A stretch of DNA of 64,000 nt from an uncultured delta proteobacterium (GTDB lineage: Bacteria; Desulfobacterota; Desulfobacteria; Desulfobacterales; Desulfatirhabdiaceae), in the NCBI GenBank assembly GCA_963789395.1, contig CAWBKP010000013.1:160001-224000 (forward strand), read 5' to 3'. The position numbers and the translations under genes are program-made. Shown here one piece after another: positions 50,663-59,909 of this stretch. The notes under the pieces were generated by a model that was not told the origin of the DNA, ran no database searches, and saw only the letters and a list, made by a program, of their open reading frames with translations. Positions within the stretch are counted from its first letter, which is position 1. Each line of letters opens with the position of its first letter.

Positions 50663-51976
50663 CTAATTGCAGATGTCTGTGATAACCCCATCCAGGATAT
50701 CCTGGGTAAAATCGATTTCCGTTCCAATGCCGGCAAGGGCCAACAAATTTTCTTCCGACAGTTCCGGACACATGACGGAAAAAAGCGGCTGGATTCCAAA
50801 TATCATGGCCACGGCCTGCCTTCTTTCCCACCAGGCCAGAGTCTCGGCTGCATCTCCGGAAAGCCCGAAATCATTAAAAATGGGTGTTGTGGGGCACCAG
50901 GGGCTGAAGATTCCCTTGCCCTTCAAAGTGGCTGTCCCACTCAACCCCTCAAACGAGGCGACAATATCTTTCAGGCCGGTTTTTCCGCAAAGCGCCGCAA
51001 CGGCTGCAGGGTCAATGCCGTATTTTGCACATGCTTTAAATACCCGGGCGGTGTCTTCTGCCGAAAGCCCGATTTTATGAAATGCAAGCAGGGCGGGGAC
51101 GTCAGAAATGAGTACCCCGGGTTCGGCGACTTTGCTCTCTTCAAGCCGTTTGGGATCATCATCAAGAAAAACCATGGTATTGGTCGCATAGGGCGTGAAA
51201 TAGTCGGCACTGTGCCGATGTACAATGGGCGCAAGCCATGCCGTCATGTCTGCGTCGCCAAGGGCCGAAGCGATCTCCCCAATGCCTTTTTTTGTCATGA
51301 AGTCATTTGTTTTGATTTCTTTAAGGAGCTCATGTGAGCGGCTGACAAAATCTTCTACATCGGCGGCTTCTATCAGTCCCATGCCTCTGAAGGCCATGCC
51401 TTTTAATTTTTTATTGCCAAAGACTTTGCCCAGTCCAAAACGATCCGGGCTGCTCCAGTAATTATAGCAAACCTGGGCGTAATCGGATCCGTTTTCTCCT
51501 GCTTTTCCGATCATTAAGGTTTGGAGAAGGTCATCGCCCACCACCTTGCGCAATGCATCCGTTGATTCCCAGACATCCTTGCCCCAGATGTCAGAAGCAT
51601 CGGAAATATCCGCGACACCGTCATGGATCCAGAGGTAAACAGGCTTTTGTGAAACGCCTTTGACAACGATATAGTCATAACCCGAAAACTTGATTTCAAT
51701 GCCGACTTTGAGGGTTATGGGGCAGTGGCATAATTTTCCGGTAACCGGGCTTTTGGCAGTAATCAGCCCGCTGGCGGATGCCGGGCAGGTCGTGCCGGTG
51801 AGCAAGCCGGTTCCGATGACAATGGGGTCATCGTCTTGATATTTTTCGTAAAGGTGTTTGGTTATTCCGGCGCCGCCAATTTTTTCACTGACCAGGGATT
51901 CATCCAAAGCCGTTTCTGCCACGTCAGATGATGCCAAGTCAATGACAAGGATCTTATCGGTTGATAAATATTCCAT
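50663..51976 (-). CDS. Aldehyde ferredoxin oxidoreductase-like protein (short, Cys-poor)
   Basis: ILVIDL, IGGAG, KSPVTG, GYDYIVVKG, IWGKD, IGKAGE and GLGKVFGNKKLKG match the AOR N-domain; only 437 aa. Confidence 0.8.
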   Translation of the reverse strand: MEYLSTDKILVIDLASSDVAETALDESLVSEKIGGAGITKHLYEKYQDDDPIVIGTGLLTGTTCPASASGLITAKSPVTGKLCHCPITLKVGIEIKFSGYDYIVVKGVSQKPVYLWIHDGVADISDASDIWGKDVWESTDALRKVVGDDLLQTLMIGKAGENGSDYAQVCYNYWSSPDRFGLGKVFGNKKLKGMAFRGMGLIEAADVEDFVSRSHELLKEIKTNDFMTKKGIGEIASALGDADMTAWLAPIVHRHSADYFTPYATNTMVFLDDDPKRLEESKVAEPGVLISDVPALLAFHKIGLSAEDTARVFKACAKYGIDPAAVAALCGKTGLKDIVASFEGLSGTATLKGKGIFSPWCPTTPIFNDFGLSGDAAETLAWWERRQAVAMIFGIQPLFSVMCPELSEENLLALAGIGTEIDFTQDILDGVITDICN

Positions 51977-51991
51977 ATTCGTATTCCTTAT

Positions 51992-52348
51992 TTATTCCAG
52001 AGTAATCGCATCTACAGGGCAAAAGGCAATGCACATCGGCCCGTAATCATCCATATCTTCACAAAGGTCACAGCCTTCCCTTAAAAGCATGGGCTTGGCA
52101 GAAGCGTCGGCTTCCTTGTCCGGGTCTGCCGCCTCCCCGATTCTGTTGACCTCAAGTCCTTCGGGCCGGGCAACCTTTAAAAATTCTTCCTCTTTAAGAA
52201 GCACGCCAAAATAATCTTTTTTTTCCCTGGCGCGGTACGCGACAATGCATGCAGAGAGAAAAGCAAACCCATCATCTCTGTGATAACTGCAAGCCATTTC
52301 GCAGGCCATGCAATTGATACATTTCAGTCCATCAATTTTGATCCCCAT
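51992..52348 (-). CDS. 4Fe-4S ferredoxin-like protein
   Basis: CINCMACEMAC and CDLC....CIAFCP motifs. Confidence 0.85.
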   Translation of the reverse strand: MGIKIDGLKCINCMACEMACSYHRDDGFAFLSACIVAYRAREKKDYFGVLLKEEEFLKVARPEGLEVNRIGEAADPDKEADASAKPMLLREGCDLCEDMDDYGPMCIAFCPVDAITLE

Positions 52349-52481
52349 TTTACGACCTCACTTAACCATTTCATTTGATTCGGGTTATGAGCTTTTTATA
52401 AGCAGATAAAAGCTCCCAATGCGCATGGTGAATATACCGCATCATTATCCAAGGAAAAATTAAAAGTCAATGATATATTTT

Positions 52482-52498
52482 AAATCATCTGATGTTTA
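52482..52498. promoter_or_regulatory. Putative GntR/FadR operator between divergent promoters
   Basis: AAATCATCTGATGTTTA, located between a minus-strand TTGACT (52465-52470) and a plus-strand TTGACA (52516-52521). Confidence 0.6.
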
Positions 52499-52597
52499 GA
52501 TTATTAAAATATTTCTTGACAAGGGGTGGGAGGATATGTGAATTGTTGAACCCAATTCATGGAAATCGAGCTGCAATTTGATGCGTAGGGGGACAAT

Positions 52598-53359
52598 ATG
52601 AAAAAAATATTTGATTCTGTCAAATCAAACAGAATATCGGAAAATATTGTTTATCAGATACGCAGTGCCATTTTGAGCGGAGAGCTGAAAATCGGAGACC
52701 GGCTTCCGTCTGAAAAAGAGCTTGCCATGGACTTTGGGGTCAGCAAGTCGTCTCTCAGGGAAGCTTACCGGGTACTGGAAGCCTACGGGCTGCTGGAAAT
52801 AAAGCAGGGCATGTCCGGCGGCGCTTTTGTCAGGGAAGTCGATATCAAGACGATTAAGGATGGTCTGGTCAATTATTTTTTCTTTCAAAATCCCAGCATC
52901 CGCGAATATACCCAGATCCGGACCTTTATCGAACCGCAGGTTGTTAAAATATGTGCATCAAGAATCACGGACAAGGACATCGATTTTCTGAGAAACAATA
53001 TCATGGAAATGGAAAAAGAGGTGGATGGCGAAAATTTCATGAGCGATCTTGACTGCGCCTTTCATAAAAAGCTTGTTGATATTACGGGGAACAGCGTCGT
53101 CAGCCTCATTGTTGAAAGCGTCCAGACCGCCTTGATAAATGTCAAGCGCATGCTGCACATGGACCACGCCTTTTTGACGATGGTCTGTGAGGGCCACAAA
53201 AAAATTGTGGATGCCTTGAGCGAGCGTGATCCCGATAAAGCCAGCAAAGAAATGATGCAGCATATCATCGAGGTCGAAACGGGAATGCTGGCCTGTAGAA
53301 ACGGAGAAATTGTTTTAACGGAAACAGGAATTTTAAAATCGGATATACGAAGCAAATGA
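52598..53359 (+). CDS. GntR family regulator, FadR subfamily
   Basis: GDRLPSEKELA..FGVSKSSLREA HTH; FCD domain D..FH...GN...H..I. Confidence 0.93.
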   Translation: MKKIFDSVKSNRISENIVYQIRSAILSGELKIGDRLPSEKELAMDFGVSKSSLREAYRVLEAYGLLEIKQGMSGGAFVREVDIKTIKDGLVNYFFFQNPSIREYTQIRTFIEPQVVKICASRITDKDIDFLRNNIMEMEKEVDGENFMSDLDCAFHKKLVDITGNSVVSLIVESVQTALINVKRMLHMDHAFLTMVCEGHKKIVDALSERDPDKASKEMMQHIIEVETGMLACRNGEIVLTETGILKSDIRSK

Positions 53360-53521
53360 AGATTGATTGTATTGGATAACCTCAACCTGAACGCATTTAA
53401 AAAATTCTGCCACAGAACCGAACAGGATGCTGAATTTCAAAAAAATCTGAAAATGCGTATCGGGTTGTAATTTGGACATCAGGATATTTGATTACCTAAT
53501 AAAATTATCAGGAGGGATTAA

Positions 53522-54967
53522 ATGGCCGAAATACCAGAAGCGACAAAAGTTGATCCACAAATCACAAAAAAATTATGTGAAATTGTCGGGGAAAAAAACG
53601 CAACGGACATGAAGCACATCCGTTACGCTTATTCCTACGACTTGTCTTTTGTGAAGCGAAAAAGCCCCGATTATGTCGTCATGCCGACGACGGTTGAACA
53701 GGTTCAGCAGATCATGAAATTTGCCAGCCAGGAGAAAATATCGGTAACGCCGTTTACGGCCGGCACCAATATCGGCGGGCTGTGCATTCCGGAAAACGGG
53801 GGAATTCTCCTGGATTTAAAACGCATGAACCAGATCATCCGGATTGACGCTGAATCTCATTATGCCATCATCGAACCTGGGGTTTCTCATGCTAAATTCG
53901 CCAGCGCTCTGTATAAACACGGACTGAGATGGAGCTGGCCGGTCGGACCGCCGTCGGCTTCGGTCTCTTCCAATGCCCTATGCCACGGTATCGGCGGTTT
54001 GAGCGGGCGTTATGGTCTGAACAGTGAAGAGATTACCAGCATGGAAGTTGTGCTGCCGTCCGGAGAACTGGTCAGGGTCGGCTCCTGCGCGATCCAGGAA
54101 GATTCATGGCACAGCTGCCTGCCATTGCCCCGTGTCGATGGTCTGTTTACCGGTTGGCTGGGTACAACCGGGGTAATCACCAAACTGGGGGTCCGGGTTC
54201 ATCCCATCCCGCCGATTCTGAAAGTGTTTACCGCATCCACGGAAAAAATCGCAGATATGGCGTCGTATCTGCGGACGCTGGGCAATTACGAAATCTGCGA
54301 TGATTTGACAGGTGTATCCTGGTGGCTTTCGCAGGTGCCCATTCCCTATCCCTATAAGCCGAAACCGGAGGGCGCTCCGGAATGGATATCTTTTGCAACG
54401 ACGTTTTCCTGGACAGAAAAAGAAAAAGAGGCCCGGGAAGAAATCTGGAAAATGGCTTTTGACGAGGAAATAAAAAAAGGCAGTTCCCTCAAGGAGACCC
54501 AGTATCCTGCGGAAGCCCTGAAGGCAAGAACCCAATTGCCAAGCCAGATCGTGGGATCAACGAAAAATTACACCAAACAGGCAGGTGCCGGTATTTCCTG
54601 GCCGGGAACCTTTACGCCCGTTAACAAGTGGGAGCCGGTTTATGAGGCATGGAAGAAAATTCTTATTGCCCGCAACTTGTCTCCCTCTGTCCGGGTGACC
54701 AATTACCGAGGTGTCCATTACGGAATGCTCCGGGCCATGATTCCTTTTCCCAAAAAAGATCCGGCCGATGTTGAAAATGCCAGACAGGCTATTGTCGAGT
54801 GTCTGAAAGTTGACCTGGATAACGGTGGGATTCCGTATAAACCCCCGGTGGATTTCGGGCTGGAAATCAACAAGCGGGCTCATCCCGGGTATATTTCCCT
54901 TTTGAGGCAGGTAAAAAACATGCTGGATCCCAACGATATCATGAACACCGGAAAACTGGCATTATAA
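53522..54967 (+). CDS. FAD-binding oxidoreductase (GlcD/D-lactate dehydrogenase family)
   Basis: PDYVVMP, GTNIGG, DLKRMN, IEPGV, GTTGVIT and DPNDIMNTGK motifs. Confidence 0.88.
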   Translation: MAEIPEATKVDPQITKKLCEIVGEKNATDMKHIRYAYSYDLSFVKRKSPDYVVMPTTVEQVQQIMKFASQEKISVTPFTAGTNIGGLCIPENGGILLDLKRMNQIIRIDAESHYAIIEPGVSHAKFASALYKHGLRWSWPVGPPSASVSSNALCHGIGGLSGRYGLNSEEITSMEVVLPSGELVRVGSCAIQEDSWHSCLPLPRVDGLFTGWLGTTGVITKLGVRVHPIPPILKVFTASTEKIADMASYLRTLGNYEICDDLTGVSWWLSQVPIPYPYKPKPEGAPEWISFATTFSWTEKEKEAREEIWKMAFDEEIKKGSSLKETQYPAEALKARTQLPSQIVGSTKNYTKQAGAGISWPGTFTPVNKWEPVYEAWKKILIARNLSPSVRVTNYRGVHYGMLRAMIPFPKKDPADVENARQAIVECLKVDLDNGGIPYKPPVDFGLEINKRAHPGYISLLRQVKNMLDPNDIMNTGKLAL

Positions 54968-55012
54968 CAAATTTATTTCAGCAGTGGTCATAGGCGATAT
55001 ACGGAGGTTATT

Positions 55013-56325
55013 ATGAAGTGGGATATCCCAACTCTTGAAGAACTTGAAGATCTGGTATGGAAATGCACGGCATGCGGAAATTGTAAAACTGCATATGAAT
55101 TCGGTCCTCCACCGACGTTTGGCGAGATCTGCCCCGCAGGCGTCGAATTTGGTTTTGACGGGAACATGGCGTCCAAGGGCAAGATAGCCTTTGCCAGAGG
55201 AATTCTGGATGGAGAACTGGAATGGAATGAAGATTTTGTTGATGCGATTTATAAATGCACGATTTGCGGGGGATGCCAGAACCAGTGTGAGCTCGATCAT
55301 AAGCCGATGATTCCCGAAATCATCGAATCCATGCGGCGAAAAGCGGTAAAGGACGGTGCCGGCCCCATGCCGGCACAGAAAGTCATCGCCCAGTCCATGC
55401 GAAGCTACAACAACCCCTACCAGGGGCCACGCAGGGTGAGGACTGATTGGACCCGGCCCTTTAAAAAGGCAGGGAAAACCCATCAAGGATATCATGAAGC
55501 AAGATGCGCCGATTCTTTACTATGTCGGATGCACCGGCGCTTTCAACCTTCCGGTCAGAAATCTTCCCGTTGCAACTGCCTCCATATTCCAGAAGGTCGG
55601 TCTGGATTTTGGCATCCTCGGAGAAAATGAAATCTGCTGCGGCTCGACTGCGATGAGGCTTGGTGATGTGGATGAATTCAAGCGCGTCGCTGAAACCAAC
55701 ATGAAAACGTTCAAGGATCTGCATGACAATCATGGTGTGAAAACCATTATCACCTCCTGCGCGGGGTGTTTCAGGGCAATTAAGAAGGACTACAGTCTTT
55801 CGGACGAATATGATGCGCTTCTTGGCGATCTCCAGGTGATTCATACAACGGACTTTCTTTACAGTCTGTTCAAGGAAGGAAAAATGAAATTCACCAAGGA
55901 AGTTCCCTGGAAGGTCACTTATCATGATCCCTGTCATACCGGCAGGCATCTGATCGACTTTAAGATCGACACTGATGGATCGCAGCAGTGGGTCGGTTCT
56001 TTTCTGGGCAAGAGCGAAGAGCATTGTCTATATGACATTCCGCGTGAAATGCTAAAAGCCATTCCCGGCATCGATTTCAGGGAAATGGAGACGAATTCGC
56101 AGCAATTCTTACTGCTGCGGCGGCGGCGGCGGTGTCATGACAGGGTATGGCGACTGGGCAACAAAAAATGCCGGCCTCAGAATTGAAGAAGGCATGAGTA
56201 CCGGCGCTGAACATATGGTTTCCATTTGCCCATTCTGTCATTATAACCTGAATGAAGGCGCCAAAAGGATAAAAAGCCCGATGAAGCTTTACGATCTGGT
56301 TGAATTTCTGGATATGGCGCTTTAG
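55013..56325 (+). CDS. GlcF/HdrD-type Fe-S oxidoreductase (two +1 frameshifts, near 55477 and 56091)
   Basis: CTACGNC..CP, CTICGGCQNQC, CCG, CAGC, YHDPCH; restored frame gives EMERIRSNSYCCGGGGG...CPFC. Confidence 0.85.
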
Positions 56326-56364
56326 CCAAATCGTTGCGACTCATCGAATTATTTTCTCCGGAAA

Positions 56365-56420
56365 CTGATAGCCCCGCTGCTTTATAGGCGGAATCCACCA
56401 TAAAGCAGACGGGTTATCAG
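56365..56420. other. Long intergenic hairpin
   Basis: CTGATAGCCC..CTGCTTTAT..ATAAAGCAG..GGGTTATCAG. Confidence 0.55.
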
Positions 56421-56815
56421 GCTGCCTCTCCGTCCTGCGCTTGATTAATCGTCTGCCAGGATACACCGCACTGACTGATGCGTTTGTGAAATACCGTGTT
56501 GTGGGATAGCAGCATAATTAGTTGACTGCATCTTTCGGGCATTTTTTTTTGTGTAATTTTGAATGGTATTCATAAATTCAAGCCATATTGGCGCTTGGAT
56601 AATTATGTATCGTGTGTCAATTGAATGGGCGGAATCTGCTCTTTTAATGCACGCGGAAAGGAGGAGTTGATAGTCGTTTCAGCAGTGGATTCAGACCCAT
56701 GAAGGCGAATCGGCTGTCGTTAAATAACCAAATATTGTGAAAATCAAATTAATAGTACAGCAGTAGTTTTAAACAGAGAATTTATTATTATGAACAACTA
56801 AAAGGAGAAAGGTGT

Positions 56816-58198
56816 ATGGCAATTGAGAGAGCACATGGCATGGAACAACCCTATGCCGCTGGAAAGCTGAAACTACGTATTCCTTTTGTTCACTACCGAA
56901 TTGAATATCAGGATTTTATTCAGGGCGCGATATTAAGCTGCGTACCGCTGGGCATCACGGCAGCCATGGTCAAAGTACTGGGAATTCCCATTGAAATTGC
57001 TGTAATGATGGTTGTCATAAACAATTTTCTGTATCTTCTGCACACTTCCTTTGGTGATCCCTCTGTCGCAGGCTGGATAACTGCGGGCATACCACTTTAT
57101 ATTGGCTATCTTGAAGGGTTTGCTGCAGGCCCTGAGCGAATCAAGGCCATGATTGCCTTTCAGCTTCTGGTGGGGCTCATTTTTCTAATATTGGGGATAA
57201 CCGGTATCACCAGTACCGTGATCAAGCGATTTCCTATCTCCATGCGGGCCGGAATTCTGCTGGGCGCGGGATTCGCATCGCTGATGCGGATTTTTGATCC
57301 GGCACAGCCTTATATGAGTAAAATGCCTATCTCTTTCATGACCTCATCCTTTTTCAGCTTTTTTATTCTTTTTTCAACGAGGGCAGTGGAGTATCGAAAA
57401 CGTTACGGATGGTTTGCCTGGGTTGCCAGTTTTGGTCTCGCTCCTGGCTTTGTCTTTGGCTATTTTATTGGGTTAATGACTGGCGAAATTAAATTCCCGT
57501 CTGGCGTTTTTGACCGTTTTATCATCTCTTTTCCGGTAGGTGATATGCTGAGTAATTTCAGCGTTCTGGCTGTTGGCATGCCTTCAGCCGGAATGTGGGC
57601 TGCCGGTATCTCCCTGGCGATTGTGGCATATGTTCTGGCCTTTGGTGATATTTTGGTATTGCAAGCACTGGTCGATGATGCTGATAAAGCCCGTCCCGAT
57701 GAAAAAATTGTGGTCGAAGTGTCCAGAAACCATATCATTTGTGCAATTCGTAATTTCATATTAGGTTTTTTTCTCCCATATCTTCCATTGGCTGGCCCAC
57801 AGTGGACAGGTGGTCAAGCACTCGTCGTCAATCGTTACAAAAGCTCCACTCCCGAGCAGGAGCCTTCTTATTGGGGAGGAGCAACCTCTATCTTTTGGGG
57901 CATGAGTATTGCCATGGTCTTTCACCCGGTTGTTCAGATCATTCTGCCTGCCAAGGACATTGGATTTGCGCTCACCTTGCTGATTCAGGGCTGGCTGTGC
58001 GTGTATCTCGCTTTTGCCATGTGCACTACAAACACACAGCGGGGCATAGCAGGTATCATGGGAGCTGTGCTGGTGACCGCAAATTATGTAAAGCTCTGGG
58101 GGAATTCGTTCTGGTCCGGTCCTACGATGGGGCTGATTATTGGCACTGTGTTATACTTGTCACTGGAGTATTACCCGGAAGCCAAAAAAGAAAACTAA
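56816..58198 (+). CDS. Polytopic membrane transporter (possibly NCS2/SLC23-like permease)
   Basis: 460 aa with roughly 12 hydrophobic segments; AGGAG RBS. Family call is tentative. Confidence 0.65.
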   Translation: MAIERAHGMEQPYAAGKLKLRIPFVHYRIEYQDFIQGAILSCVPLGITAAMVKVLGIPIEIAVMMVVINNFLYLLHTSFGDPSVAGWITAGIPLYIGYLEGFAAGPERIKAMIAFQLLVGLIFLILGITGITSTVIKRFPISMRAGILLGAGFASLMRIFDPAQPYMSKMPISFMTSSFFSFFILFSTRAVEYRKRYGWFAWVASFGLAPGFVFGYFIGLMTGEIKFPSGVFDRFIISFPVGDMLSNFSVLAVGMPSAGMWAAGISLAIVAYVLAFGDILVLQALVDDADKARPDEKIVVEVSRNHIICAIRNFILGFFLPYLPLAGPQWTGGQALVVNRYKSSTPEQEPSYWGGATSIFWGMSIAMVFHPVVQIILPAKDIGFALTLLIQGWLCVYLAFAMCTTNTQRGIAGIMGAVLVTANYVKLWGNSFWSGPTMGLIIGTVLYLSLEYYPEAKKEN

Positions 58199-58256
58199 CC
58201 CGATCTTGTTATTCGAATGCACGGTTTGCGATGCATTTTTGTTGAAAGGTAATAAT

Positions 58257-58493
58257 ATGGCCGCCAGTGAAGGAAAACAGCGATTCATGGTGTTTATCAA
58301 AGCCGGTCTGCCCTACACGCTTGTTGGTATGGGGGTGGTTTTTGGCGGGCTTGCGGGGTTGAAGCATTTTTTCAATGACAGCGAATACCTGACGGCCATA
58401 TTGTTTCTGTGGCTGGCATTGTTCTGGTTTATCTACCAGCCGTTATTTCGCAAGCGGATTTTCAAGGTGAAACAGCAGATGGATAAGTCATGA
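58257..58493 (+). CDS. Small two-helix membrane protein
   Basis: MAASEGKQRF...; two hydrophobic segments; GAAAGG RBS. Confidence 0.65.
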   Translation: MAASEGKQRFMVFIKAGLPYTLVGMGVVFGGLAGLKHFFNDSEYLTAILFLWLALFWFIYQPLFRKRIFKVKQQMDKS

Positions 58494-58548
58494 TCTCCGG
58501 TTCACTGTTACTGGCCGGTATTAGATTGTTCTATTCAAGGAGAATAAA

Positions 58549-59574
58549 ATGAAATTAAAAGAAAAATTCATGCGACGGCTGGCGGGCAAGGATGCTGGCG
58601 AGCCTGCTATGGTCGGATGTACGACCACATACGGCGTTGTAGATATCATGAAGCAGTGCGGCGCGGAACGTCCGCTTGCGGATGTAGATGCTGAGGCCAT
58701 GGCAAAGTTGTCCATAGCCGGTCACGAAATTGCCGGTTTTGAATGGGTCAAGGCCATGGGCTGGGATATTACACCGATCAGCCAGGTGATGGGCTGCACA
58801 TTGGGCGAACCCAAGATCGATCTTCAGTATTTCATCAAGGAACATCCATTTGCGGGAAGTCTGGATGGGCTTGCCTATCCTGACAATCTATTTGAGAAAG
58901 GGCGTTTTCCAGCCTATAAAAAACAATTTGAGCTGTTGAAGAAACGTTTTGGCGATGAGCTGGTCGTATTTGGTGAGAGTGAAGGGGCCTGGACCTGCGC
59001 CTGCAACCTGGTCGGTACCGAGCAGTTCATGAAATGGACCTTCAAGGAACAGGCCAAGGTGCAACAGGTCATTGATATTACGACTGCCGTAACCATCGAT
59101 GTCATCAACTGGGCATTTGACCAGGGCGCCGATTATTATTGCCTGGCCGAGCCTTCGTCAGGGCCGGCGCTGATGAGCCCAAAAACCTGGAAAAAATTTG
59201 TCCAGCCCTTGATGACCGAGATTTGCTCCAAGGCCAAAGGCCCGATTGTTCTGCATATTTGTGCTAACACAGATCTGATTGTCCCCATGATGTGCGAAAC
59301 CGGCGTTGCCGGGATCAGCATCGAGGAAAAAGCCGACATGAAAAAAGCCGTTGAGGTGGCGCACGCAAAAAACGTACGCGTTTTCGGCAATGTGGCAACG
59401 GCAACGACACTGTTCATGGGCACTCCTGAAAAATGTTATGAAGAGTCAATAGCGAGTCTGGAAAACGGAACCGATTTTCTGACACCGGGTTGTGGCATTG
59501 CGCCGGGATCCCCCCTTGAAAACATCAAACAGCTAAAAAAAGCCAGAGACGATTTTTACAAATCTAGGGGATAA
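58549..59574 (+). CDS. MtaA/CmuA-family methyltransferase (uroporphyrinogen decarboxylase fold)
   Basis: AEPS, LHIC, GNV and PGCG zinc motifs. Confidence 0.85.
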   Translation: MKLKEKFMRRLAGKDAGEPAMVGCTTTYGVVDIMKQCGAERPLADVDAEAMAKLSIAGHEIAGFEWVKAMGWDITPISQVMGCTLGEPKIDLQYFIKEHPFAGSLDGLAYPDNLFEKGRFPAYKKQFELLKKRFGDELVVFGESEGAWTCACNLVGTEQFMKWTFKEQAKVQQVIDITTAVTIDVINWAFDQGADYYCLAEPSSGPALMSPKTWKKFVQPLMTEICSKAKGPIVLHICANTDLIVPMMCETGVAGISIEEKADMKKAVEVAHAKNVRVFGNVATATTLFMGTPEKCYEESIASLENGTDFLTPGCGIAPGSPLENIKQLKKARDDFYKSRG

Positions 59575-59576
59575 TA

Positions 59577-59622
59577 TTGGCGGTGGGCAATGATGTCTGA
59601 ACGACAATATTGCCCACCCCAA
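59577..59622. terminator. Hairpin after the MtaA-like gene (terminator or REP-like)
   Basis: GGTGGGCAAT...ATTGCCCACC stem followed by T-rich sequence. Confidence 0.5.
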
Positions 59623-59798
59623 CCGGTTTATTTTTGATCTGCTTCCAACTTGCCTGTCCAATATCTTTCGTTCAGTGCTTTTTTCTAAAAAAAAGAATTG
59701 AACGAAACTCATTGGTATTAATGGCAATTCTGAATTGTTTTCTCCTGTATCAAAACAAGGTGTTATCTTCAACTGGGTCGATCGGTTTAAATATGTTT

Positions 59799-59813
59799 AA
59801 ACATCAGATGTTT
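59799..59813. promoter_or_regulatory. Perfect palindrome, putative GntR operator upstream of the arginase-family gene
   Basis: AAACATC-A-GATGTTT; same core as 52486-52494. Confidence 0.65.
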
Positions 59814-59909
59814 TAATCATTTATATTGACGTGGTTCTTAATTTGTGATTAAGAATACTACCAGAACAATTCATAGGAAACTCGTTTTGGTAAACAGACG
59901 GTAAGAGCA

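Noticed and set aside
50663..51976. Class II benzoyl-CoA reductase BamB or an active AOR
   Set aside because: Too short, lacks the Fe-S cysteine motif, and no aromatic-degradation genes are nearby.
55013..56325. Selenocysteine read-through or programmed frameshifting in the HdrD-like gene
   Set aside because: The breaks are frame changes, not in-frame TGA codons, and show no slippery-site signature. Indel errors explain them.
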